A stretch of DNA of 64,000 bases from NCBI RefSeq assembly GCF_000002075.1, contig NW_004798220.1:17581-81580 (forward strand), in the 5' to 3' direction. A model generated the notes under the pieces. The model was not told the origin of the DNA. It made no database searches and worked only from the letters and a program-made list of their open reading frames with translations. This DNA comes from Aplysia californica (taxonomy: Eukaryota). Made by a program: the position numbers and the translations under genes. Of this stretch, positions 10,001 to 21,107 are shown piece after piece; position 1 is the stretch's first letter, and every line of letters begins with the position of its first letter.

Positions 10001-10898
10001 TAAGGTCACCCTTATTATTATTAGCAACAGAGAAACCAAATTAGTTACCACACTTTGCACACTTTACATTAGTTTAATAGGAACCATACAACTCAAACAG
10101 TTAGCGGTTGGCATCCCTTTTTATACATTGGCAAAACCTGATGGTACACCGGGGGGGGGTTGTAAAACAAGGTTTGACTGTAGTTTGGAAAGTTCAGTGA
10201 CTCAACTATATTTTTACCTAATGACATGGTGCAAATTCTCAGTTACTCAGAAAGCCAATTTTATGAATTTATGCATTGGAAAAATCATTTGTTCAGTCAA
10301 GCTACGTTTGCAAACTCTTTTGTTTGACAATTTTTTTAATTGAAGATGTGTTATTAATTATATAATATATTAATATAAAAGGTAGATAATTATATTAAAC
10401 ATCAGTATTTGCCAAACATATATACTGCATCCAGAAAGTCCCCTATTTGTCTATTCTTTTCTTGTGGTCTCACAAAACAAAAATCATGAGTACATAATAT
10501 TATACACATATATATAGTCCAGCACGCACATAGTGAAATCAGCTGGAAATGGAAATCTTTACATGCCATATATTTTACAAATTTCACTCATGTATGTGTT
10601 TTTAATACGGTACAAAGAATGTACTCTTAGATTTTACATATTTAATAAGAAAAAAATCTGTTCGCTATTGTAATTGTATGTTTATTGTATGCATGTTAGA
10701 CTATATTGTAGGCCTACCATGTCACCTTTACAAATCATTATTTTGATGATTAGTCTATATTTTATCTTAACTTTCTTTTAAACAGATGTTGATGGCACAG
10801 ATGATGACGAAGATGATGGTAGCGATGATGACGAGGAGGATGGCAATGGGGACTGTTCTGATAAACCACCTCCACAGAAAAAGAAAAAACAAGCTTGA
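3770..10898 (+). CDS. GON7: GON7-like EKC/KEOPS complex subunit, gene model join(3770..4022,10786..10898), 121 aa
   Basis: Phase-1 GT-AG intron (A|gtaagt ... ttttaaacag|AT). The product has an N-terminal LPDGTDQTL, a helix LSSLQEQSNKYLSVLVEEEK-like segment similar to the Gon7 LQDDINEFLT helix, an acidic tail and a terminal PPPQKKKK. Recognised from memory of human and yeast GON7. Confidence 0.7.
4354..4661. mobile_element. Short inverted-repeat element (MITE-like) in GON7 intron 1
   Basis: Imperfect inverted ends aatttttactttctctcccgcacac / gtgtgagacaggagggaaagtaaaaaaat; partial copies at 46749-46845 and 44427-44574. Confidence 0.6.
5364..5548. mobile_element. Tc1/mariner-type MITE
   Basis: TA|CAGTCGA ... 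TCGACTG|TA. Confidence 0.6.
5696..7403. mobile_element. Non-autonomous hAT transposon with Tol2-like ends
   Basis: CAGAGCTG...CAGCTCTG termini; perfect 8-bp TSD AGGCTACC (5688-5695, 7404-7411); dense AGTAC/AAGTA subterminal repeats at both ends. Confidence 0.9.
6492..7070 (+). mobile_element. Tc1/mariner-type element fragment nested in the hAT
   Basis: Begins CAGTAGTCTCC; colinear with the reverse complement of about 40380-40937; same terminus as 60130-60318. Confidence 0.7.
7463..10011. mobile_element. Non-autonomous DNA element with palindromic ends (PIF/Harbinger-like or Crypton-like)
   Basis: TTA|GGG ... CCC|TTA; inverted terminal block TTTAGGCCACATATGGCCTAAATAAG; no ORF. Confidence 0.75.
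9247..9875. repeat. Foldback tandem array: 8 forward and 5 inverted units of about 45-60 bp
   Basis: Unit GGTGGACCCCGGGGTCA-CGTAGTGAAATAAGTAGGTTT; orientation switches near 9612. Confidence 0.9.
10786..10898 (+). CDS. GON7: GON7-like exon 2 (acidic tail plus basic NLS-like end)
   Basis: Acceptor ctttcttttaaacag; encodes (N)VDGTDDDEDDGSDDDEEDGNGDCSDKPPPQKKKKQA*. Confidence 0.8.
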
Positions 10899-11397
10899 TG
10901 TCATCATTCTCATTACCATTCTCGAAAAATTCTGATCACCATTTAAATTTAAATCTATCATGCTCCTGTCCAGTCATTTTTTTACTTACATGTGTATACG
11001 TTATAATGTATGAGAACATACAGTATAACAAGGATAGCTCGAATTCATCAGGACTGGCCTTGGTACATGTAGTTTGAGGGAAATCTTACAAAGATAAAGA
11101 AGGGGAAAAAATGGGGCCGCAGACACAGCTAGACGGATGCATGATTTCGAGTCTTCTGTGTTCGACCTATGCGTGTTATACACATATGTATGAATGTATT
11201 CATGTGTGCATGTTTGTGGATGGGGAAGAGTGTGTACATGAGGATCTCCAATATCTCACAATCTTCACCCTTGTGTGTGCCGTTTCTTGATTGTATCTTA
11301 TAGTTTTTCTTTCCATTCAGATACATTGTCATTTCCATAAAATTACCTTTCTCATGTTGTTAATATAATAATGTTCTCCAAACTCCTTGTTTTATAT

Positions 11398-11403
11398 AAT
11401 AAA
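11398..11403 (+). terminator. Candidate polyadenylation signal of the GON7-like gene
   Basis: AATAAA 500 nt after the stop codon, with GT-rich sequence downstream. Confidence 0.4.
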
Positions 11404-11659
11404 TGTACCACTCACATATAGTATAAAATGTGTGAGTTGTTATATATTGTTAAGATCTTTTACTGTCTGCATCTCCTTTGAAGTTTTATGCAACTGCTTC
11501 CTAATGATGATATAGAATAATAGTAATAGATCAGTCTACTTCACCAAAGAAACCAGCAGTTTTCAGTTCTTTGGGCAAATTTCAATCGAATTGTTTATTT
11601 TAGGCTCAACACTGTTTTTTGTCCATTTGAAAACACATTTCTTTGAATTTGCTTTTTAA

Positions 11660-11902
11660 CCCTATCCGTACACCCTGGGGTCATTTTGTGCCCCCTGGGT
11701 TGTATTCTTCACATTTTAGAATATTTCTAGTCCAAAGATCTCTTTGAAACTTTCAGTATTTCTCAAAAAATCATTTTGACAGACTGCTGTGCAAAGCGTA
11801 CGGATCGGATTAACAAGTAAATTTCCTCTTTGTAAAGTGGTGGCACAGAGTTCCCCACGTCGTATGGATATCATTGTAAAACACGACGTACGTATTATAG
11901 GG
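11660..11902. mobile_element. piggyBac-like MITE
   Basis: TTAA|CCCTAT ... ATAGGG|TTAA. Confidence 0.7.
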
Positions 11903-12827
11903 TTAAAAAGTAGATCAAAGGCACAAAAAAAAATGTAAATTTGAGTTTCCAAGAACACTCAAGCTTTGGGAGTCACCAAACTTTGGCACGAGGCAACCCT
12001 TACCTCCTTCAACTGCGAATATCTCCACTGCTATACGGTACAAGATAGATGGGTACGTTTTCACTAAAACTAACTACTAGAAGCAAATAAGTGAACAAGC
12101 TTTAAGATGATAAAAATAACTGATATATTCCCAAAAACTGACAAGCGCCCACTTCATCCATGACTTGAAACACATGATTTTTGTGTTGTATAGTGATGGT
12201 GCAATGCTCTAATCTTGTAGGCCTACTAGAGAAATTTGTGGTTTTATAACATCGTTTCCAAGGTCAATCTGCAGGTCCTCTATAAAAATCAGGACCCTGC
12301 ATATTCCATTATTTCAAACACTGTGGACTAACTGTTTTGTCTGATACTTGATACTCTCATCTATTAATAAGAATATAAATGGGGGGGGGGGGGGGGGGGC
12401 TTTTGAAAAATGTTCAAGATACCAGTACCACGGTTACAGAAAAAATACCATAGATTGGGTTACCATTAAAATTAAATACACAAGTTTACTCCTGTCAAGA
12501 GGGAGGTCCTTCAAATTTAACTGTCCATTTCTCCAATCTTCTCATGTATTGATAAGCTTTCAAAATTCTCCAGGTCATTCTAAATTCCAGGGTCAGAATT
12601 GAAATCCAACCTGGAATGTCATCAGCGTACATTGTCTTCCTTGCTAAATTAATGGATCTCTCTTAGACTTCCAAGAAATTCATCTTGTTGTTAACAAGAA
12701 GTCTTTGTTACTAATGTTACCATTGCTCACAACTGGATCTTTTCAGGATCTTTTCAGCATATTATTGCTAATAGAAATCCCTTTGTTGAATGCTTAGGGT
12801 GCATAACCAGCATCTCTTCAATCTATA

Positions 12828-13900
12828 CGAGGGGCATACCAAAAGTTTTTTACCTGACCATGAAGGAATAAAGGTAGAAAGCTGAAATTTATTGGTACTA
12901 AACTTTAATCTTTCTCAGAGTCTATGATAATGTAGTCGCCTCCCACAGTTACACATTTTTGCCATTAGTGTATGACCTAGAAAAGACCTTGAGAATAGAA
13001 AACCCTCTCCTTGTCAGAAAACCAGCCCTCTACCGCTTCTTTAACCTCATAATCACTTTCAAAATGCTAGATCTATCCTTTTCAATCCTTTTTTCAATTT
13101 GGGGAATTAAAAAAAGTCAGACGAGTCTAAATCTAGAGAATAGGGTGGATGTGGCAAAATTTCATAGCCACATTCTCACGCAGTTTCTGCAGCTTTTCTT
13201 GAAGTGTGTGCTTGCACGTTGTCGTGACCCAGTAAAATGCCTTTTCTGATCTTTCCTCAACGTTTTTCTTTTATAGCTTCTCTTTATTTTTTTAGCTGGT
13301 TAGAATAATGGTCTCCGGGGATTGTATGTCCATTTTCAAGATGGTCTGTCATAATCACTCCTTCTTGGTTAAAAAAATCTGATAGTCTGTCAAAAAATTT
13401 AGTTTCATCCTTTTCATTCAGACTCAGACCAAGCAATTCTTAACGACAATCCACATGTTGCACTTTTTTAGGAGGAGTCAACAAATGTGAGACCCATCTC
13501 GCAGAAACCTTGATCATATTCAAATTTCATTTAAGATTTGTTCAATTGATCCAATGAGAAGCTTAGTTTCTTTGCTCAAACGTTCGACTGTCACCCACCT
13601 ATCAGACAACACAAGTTTCTTGATTTTCAACACATTCTCTTCTGTTGTTGTTGTCACTGGGCGTCCATCACGGTGGTCATCTTCAATGTCCATAAATCCG
13701 CATTTCAATTTTTTTACACCACAATTTTTTTTACAACATAGGATGGGCAATCAGTTCCATATACAGCATGCATCTCCATAATAGTATCCTGTAGTTGCTT
13801 GCCTTGCAAGGACAAAAATTTCATAACTGCCCTGTGCTCAATTATATCCATTTTTATGTTGAAATTGGAGAACAACTACAACATACCCCTATTCACTTAA
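12828..13900 (-). mobile_element. Decayed mariner (DD34D, Himar1/irritans-like) transposon with transposase pseudogene
   Basis: ATG at 13851 (MDIIEHRAVMKFL); EDDHRDGRP..TEENV; HDNVQAH; LPHPPYSLDLDSSDF (YSPDLAPSDF motif); frameshifts and stops; TA|CGAGGGG end at 12828. Confidence 0.9.
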
Positions 13901-14636
13901 CAGTGCGCTTGTGTTAAAACCAGTGATCGGAAATTCCCCAAAATATACGTGCTTAGGGTGCATCCAATTTTGGAGGGAAACGAAAATAGGATAGTTGTGT
14001 TGTTGTGAAATAAAGACCACTGCAAGTGTAATTCATTAATGCAAATTGAGACATGTCAGGAATCGATGCTACCATCATCGCTTTGGCAGAACAAGTAAGT
14101 AGGCCTAATTGTTACTCCAATGGTTAAAAAATTAAACCACTAAAATTTTATTTTCATAGAGCACCAACAAAAACACACAAAATGATCATGAGGTCGACAA
14201 ATCAAGCAACATGAAACAAATTCAAGATTATTTGATTATATAATCTTTATAATCAATAAGTAAGTGTTACATGATATTTATATAATATATAAACCAGTAT
14301 AATATAATAATAATTTTTAATAAATTTGCAGTGATTTATACATAGCACACTGTTTAAGAGTACAGACAACTGTCACAACTGAAGCCCAACCAATACAAAA
14401 GACTAAGCAAGAAAAAATTCCAAATACACGCCATTAGTAAATGAGTAATGATTATGATGCAGTTTGTGCTTCTTAACACTTGAATATAATATGTTAACAC
14501 ACATCACTGACTCTGAGATACATGATATATCATCACTCAACCAAATTACTGGAGGTAGAATAAGAAAAGAGAGTAAAATAAGTCCCAACAAGAGTCTAGT
14601 AGAAGGATAATAATATATATAATATATATATATACA

Positions 14637-14822
14637 CAGTGGAGTCAGCTTAACTTAAATCGAACATGGTTAATCTGAAAACAGTAGTAGACCTATACCA
14701 AAAGAAGATAAAATCCCTTAAGTATTTTTTCTTATTTTTCAACAACCTCTATAAACTGAAAACTCTGCTAAACTTAGTAAATCTGGCGGCTCCACAGATG
14801 CGGGATTAAGAGGACTTCACTG
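14637..14822. mobile_element. Tc1/mariner-type MITE (same family as 60083-60442)
   Basis: CAGTGGAGTC ... GACTTCACTG; internal similarity to 60083-60442. Confidence 0.6.
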
Positions 14823-17800
14823 AAGTCAAAACATGTACAAAAGAGTTCTTTTGAGCTTTCTGTCATAGAACACCGCTTATCATTCTCATTCAAAGTTCCC
14901 CTTCGAATTTTTATCACGCACAAAATAATCTTTGACTTTTTGTTATAATATACAGTACACAGCACCTTTGTTTTATAGAAGTGTTAGTTTCTCCTTCACT
15001 AAAGCCCAACAAGACTTCCATCCGAGTTGTCTTTATCAAAGATATAAAAATACCTGCAAATTATTACACATAAATTTCAAATTGCAAAGTTAATTACACT
15101 GTATCCAAACAAAATATAAGGAAGTAATACTGTCAAGATGGATATAATCATAATGTATACATGATGTATGTAAATTATACCCTACAAAATATAATCACAA
15201 CATCTGATTTCACAGCAACCAAATTGGTGTCAGACACTTGCCCTGCACATAGTGAAGTAAATCTCCAAAACTTCTTTCACCTACTGTGTAGATCTAGTAC
15301 AAATGGACTATTCCTTGAATTCAGAGGAAACTTTTATCTATAATAAATGTAACAAACTGCGCAAGTTTCTGCTTCTAATTCTATAAGCACACTCAGGAGT
15401 AAAATAAATTGTTTGAAAAAGAAAGGGAGAAATATCACATAATTCTGATTACAGCAATTTTTGGTTTGTTTTAGTAGAGGCGGCCTAACCATTTTAGTCT
15501 TATGGCACTTACCACACAATAAGGTAAGATAGTATAAGTGCCGAAGATTATAAGTCTTTCATGTTAAATACATGCAAGTAACACAAAAAAGAAGAAGAGA
15601 TAAGGACAATAAGGATATAATTTGAAAGGAAATAAGGAACAAATCACACCGAGAGCATCCGCCAACCACTGACTAACAGCAATTTGAGCAGTGTCAGTAA
15701 ATACTGAGCAGAGCGCTTCCAGTGTTCTGTAAGTGAAACTTTCTTCTAAGCTAAGACTTAAAAGATAGCCTACTTGTCATAGCCGCACTCAGCCATTCTA
15801 CTAACCTGCTTAAAGGATATTTTTTTAATTGTCAAAGTGTTAATGACAAAAACAAACAGTACTGCACTTCTCCTACAGGATAACTTTTGCTGTGAGCAGT
15901 GTTTGACCCTTTTAATAACAGATTCCGTACACCATACATAGAATATAGTGTGTAGTGTAAGCCACCATGCCATCCTCCAGTAGGCCTACAATGTTCATCT
16001 TATAATCAGACGATTTTGGCAATTGTATAGACCATTAGACATTTATCATAAGAGATTTTATAACCACAATACAACGGCTTCCGTTGGAATAGTACTGAAA
16101 TTACGTAAATCTTCAATTTTTTAAGCGTACCGGGTACTGCAAAATAACTATATATAGATCTAAGTTCTAACACAGCTCTGTCCTGGCAAGCAACAACTGG
16201 GCACAGTTAAAGTTGAAAATACTGCATGTTATGAAAGTATTAAATTACAATTTGAGAGTATGATAAAGAAGCTCGCTGGGGTGGTGGGGGGACGGGGAAG
16301 AGGGCGGAGGAACGAGATAGAAACATAATAACAGATAACTGTCCTCCAATCTGAAACTGAAACAAACAAAAGGGAACAAAACTTACACATCATCAAAATC
16401 GATGATCTGTTTTCTGGCAATGACTTATCCATTGAGCAACACAAAACAGAAATATTTTTAAAAATAATATTGGCAACAGGCATTGTGAGCACACAAAAAA
16501 ACAACCTACTGTAGGCCTATGTCAAATAAAACCTTAGCGATACCGTAGCCTACATGATAACTGTACAAGACATGTCTGTTTGAAACTATCTGTCATAATT
16601 TTCATGAACATCAAAACAATATGGGCCAAAAATGGGAAAGTAAGAAAGACAGACAGCAACAACAGAACTAGAAGGAAAGAAAAAAAGGACCTACCAGTGG
16701 TGCTCTTCAACTACCCTCCCAAAGGCAATAGTCAGCAGACTAGACTGTATCAATGAACTAATCAACATGAGAAATGTAAACAACAATTCATAAAAGAATA
16801 TAGATCTATTATATATATATATTTATAGCTATGCAGTCTAGGACACACATAGTGAACATATTTTTCATGCCCCAAATTTTTTAAAAATTTATCTAGATCT
16901 ATATATATATATATTTCTTTGTATTCAAAACCTGCACTTAGCGTAAGCAATTCGTACATAGTAGAAAAATTGGCGTCAGAAAGGGTAGCCTACATCTTAT
17001 TAACACCACCACAAATATTGTTTATCGAAGTAACCTTGGTGGAGAGAGAGAAAGATAGATGGATGGTACAGTACGAGTGTAGGCCACAATCTCCATGAGC
17101 CATCGGCAATAGACTCGTGTAGGCTAAGGACCTGATATATTGCATTTGAACATATCGCAGAAACAATGTAACCAGACCTAACTTAGCCTGCACACCTCAG
17201 CTGTGCGTATGGGGAGTTTGTGGTCGCATGAAGACATTTTTCTGATTGTGTTACCACGTGTCAGAATTCTTCAATGCAGATTACACACGACACAACAGCT
17301 TGTGAGCATTCTGCAAAGTTGGGTCATAGTGAAGTTGTAGTAGAGGGTAGACCATGGCAGAGTAAAAGAAACGAGGAAAAATGGCAAATCCTAGCAGAGA
17401 TGGATAAAAAATCAATTTCTAGATCTTAACTTGAGCAACTATGAATCCAAATCGCATGACTGCGGGGGATAGGGGTCAAAATTAATGTGAAATTTGTATG
17501 TATATATATGAAATTTGTACATAACGCAAAGATTTCAACGTCCCACCACTTTTGCTACATATACATACTAGTACTAGACTGTATGTTGAACAAGGCACAC
17601 AGAGAACCTTTGAGATTGATTTATGTGGAGAAAAGTCAACAAGAAAGCAGCACTGTGTGTAGCTGCACTGTGTACATGAGTGAGATATTATACCTGGTAA
17701 GTGTCAAAAGAAAAACTCTTTGACAAGCAAATTTTAAAATACCACTGAAGATCAACTCTTCTATATTCCATAGAACTTTTCAGAGTTATTATGAGGTCAG

Positions 17801-19622
17801 TTTGTAAGTCTTCAATTCTTCTGAATATACATGATCCATTCATCACAAAAGAGATTAAGTCACATGTCATGTTTTGTTGTTATCCATCCACAATGTCATA
17901 AAGATATCAGCACTAGACTGACCGATGTTATTCACCTAGTTTAACTGAGGGAAAAATTTGAGCTTCAGTATTCAGACTTGTATCATCTTTTGATGAACTT
18001 TACAAAGTAAAAAAGACATAGAAGCACCATAAGCTGGGAAAGCAGAACTTTGTACTGTATATTTTCATGTACATGATGCAAGTTCCACTTTCCAAAACAA
18101 TCAAGAAATTGAAAATAAAAGAAAAAACTTTCTGGAGGAATATTTGAGAAAAACAGGAAAAACCCTCATCTCAAGAATAAGTACGAATTAAATAAACACC
18201 ACCATACCAACAAAGTCAAAAATCACATTGGAAAAAATTGTTAACAGTATATAAACAAAGCAAAAAAATGCATCAAAACGTATGACACTAGAGATAGCAA
18301 CAATCCTCTCTTTGGTTAGTTCCTCTCTTATAAAATTAAAACAATACTACAAAATCGACGTACAACCAAACCTGCTCTAGCAACTATCTGTCCAGAATAA
18401 CCACTTGACTGGTATGGTAGGAACGACCACTTCCTACTTCTCCCTTGTTTTTTGTTGTTTTTGTATGACACTGTCTCAGAGGACCACCAGTCTAAGATGG
18501 CCACTTTCTCTTCAACAATGGGGGGGGGGTGTCATCTTGGAAGGGTTCAGATATATTTTCTTTACAATCCATTAAAATGACACTGAAGTCGGAAACTGTG
18601 GGTTAATACAATTCTTATCATTCACGTAAAGCTATCTTCCTAACTGAATAACTGTTGAAAACGTCACTGACAATAAGGTAAGTGCCCAAACTTGTATTAT
18701 AAAAATCCTAGACCATGCACTCAAACGTATTTCCAGCTCACTATGGAGCACACCAATAAAGCCAAATAAGGGGCAAGATGCCATGCAGAGTCAACTGTAA
18801 CAAAACTGGTAATACATGTGTGTAAGCAAAAGTTGTAAAAGGAGGATTACATCCAGAGAAAAGAAGCACTTTTGACCTTTATTTACCTGTAAAAGAGCAG
18901 CTACGGTGTGCACACTTCATAGTGAGGTTTTTAAAGAGAGTGTACAGCGGTGGCCATGAGTGTGCACAGTCTAGGGGTACAAATCTATGGGGAGATGCTG
19001 CAAGTGAAAGAATTTGTTTAGAAAAAAACTGATGCTGACCTATCTCCATACAAATGTCTACTTTAATTTCTTTCACTACACACATAACACCGACACTCAA
19101 GTACAAATATTCTGTGGCAAAGTTTGTACTTTTTCAGATTTCAAGACGTAATCTGATATTCACCAAAATGTTTACCCTAAACGCCAGGCTTAACAGATTT
19201 CCTGAAATTAAGCCTCACAACTTAATCCCCATTTTGAATCGTTGCATGTCTGTCATACTTTTTAAAATTAAGGGTTTATCTAATTGAAGAATAAAATCAA
19301 CAAAATGGCACAAATTCATTGTAAATTAAGATTTTACATGAAAAAATCAAGACCAGACAGGCTGTACTAAGAATAAAGTCAAAGAAAGAAAAGTTGAAGT
19401 GTCACAGCAATACACAAATGATCCATAATCAGCAACTAACATTAACAACCCTGTGGATATCAATATCACCACACATGGATCAGTTCATAGACCGAACCTC
19501 TCACGTTCTCAGAGAAGAAAATCAGAGGGAAACATGAAGCAAACAGGTGAGGAACCACGGACATTTTACAATACAAATGGTCGGGATAAAAGTATCTGGG
19601 CTATTGATGATACATTCCTTAA

Positions 19623-19915
19623 CTCTTTATCGCCGAGGGGAGTAAACCCACTATGTCAGGGCCCTCTTTTTGGTACAAAATCTAAAAGTGCTTAAACATC
19701 ACTAGATTGGGCATAAAATCAAAACAAGTGAACCTATTTTGATAGTATAGTTCTTCATCTAATGAATGAGCTCCTGACAAAAGAAACCTGTTTTCGGCAA
19801 TTGATGAAAACAAATTGGACGTCAAAGTCGGCGTAAAGGAATGTGCCTGAGCTGCCGCCAGAGACGGTCTTAGAGTCTTTGGTAAGATTATAATGCAGCT
19901 CTGGCTGTGAAATGG
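19623..19915. mobile_element. piggyBac-like MITE (degenerate)
   Basis: TTAA flanks with imperfect TIRs CTCTTTATCGCCGAG / CTGGCTGTGAAATGG. Confidence 0.4.
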
Positions 19916-20939
19916 TTAATCAGCGACAGGTAAACCAAAGACCAAATAACCCCGCACCCCCCCCCCCCAAAAAAAAAAAACAACCTTTGATTTGACAATG
20001 AACAATAAAGAATAGACTGAAAACTTTTCATGAAACTGAAGATAATGGCGAGAAAAAAAAAGGGGGCTGAGAGGCAGGATGAAGTGATCAGCACAAGCAG
20101 TGCCATACTGACCTTAGAGCTCAGATGTCAAGGGACAGATGAGGGTGAGGATCAACCCAATAAATGCATTTGTATTTCCTCAATGAAAACCACTTGTACG
20201 ATCAAACCATTAAAGTTATGCACTTCTCAAAAGTTTACAGCATACCGTAACCAAAAAATAAAATTTTAACCTCAACATGATCATTTTTACTTATGAACAT
20301 AATATTAAGATCTCACTTGACCTCTTTATCTTTTCACTCTATAAATGTGAAATGCATAAACCTAAGGGATGTTTGCCTCAGTTTGTTTGAAATCACAACT
20401 GCGAAAGCGCTATCAGAAAGGTAAAATTCATAAGCACACGAGTAAACATAAAATGCCCCTTTCAGATTCAGAAATATTCATGCTGAAAGAACAGCAATGG
20501 CTTCCTCTCACTCCTCAGAACCTGTTACTGTTTTTTTTCAATAAATATTTACTATTCCAACAATTTGTGCTAAATTATACGTTTTATTTTTATGATAAAC
20601 AATCCTTAGATGTAAATGCTCTAATCTGTCTGCCTCAATAATTTGCATTGACAATTGACAACAAGTATATCATGTAACAATGGAAAAAGCACAAGAAATC
20701 TTACATGTCAACAATAAATCAAAGAGTAAAGAAATTATTGTTTTGGTAAATAAGCATTTTCTTCAGTAATGTAAGTGCATCTTCAAATCACAATTTCACA
20801 TTTCAACAATCGAAACATGTTACAAGAAAACAAAATTACCCCAAAATTCGTCATAAATAATAACTGACATTAATTCATTCTATAAAACATACGTACAACA
20901 GCGCCCAGATTTCTCAACACATCTACAGAGGACAAATCT

Positions 20940-21107
20940 TCATTTGTCTCCACGCAGTTGTTCATGTTTCTTGACAATGTAATCAACAACTTCTGGCTCA
21001 CTCAAGGTACTGATGTCTCCCAGTTCATCTGGTTTGTCAGACGCCACTTTACGAAGGATGCGCCGCATAATTTTACCAGAGCGGGTTCTGGGAAGGCCTG
21101 GAGTAAA
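20940..21107 (-). CDS. ACSS1: ACSS1 exon 14
   Basis: [17 protein letters not shown]...LGDISTL...stop. Confidence 0.95.
   Translation of the reverse strand, partial: FTPGLPRTRSGKIMRRILRKVASDKPDELGDISTLSEPEVVDYIVKKHEQLRGDK

Noticed and set aside
14100-20939. Very long ACSS1 3'UTR or a hidden gene in the spacer
   Set aside because: No credible exons found. Several minus-strand AATAAA sites exist (20583-20588, 18878-18883, 14147-14152), so UTR length cannot be fixed without RNA data.
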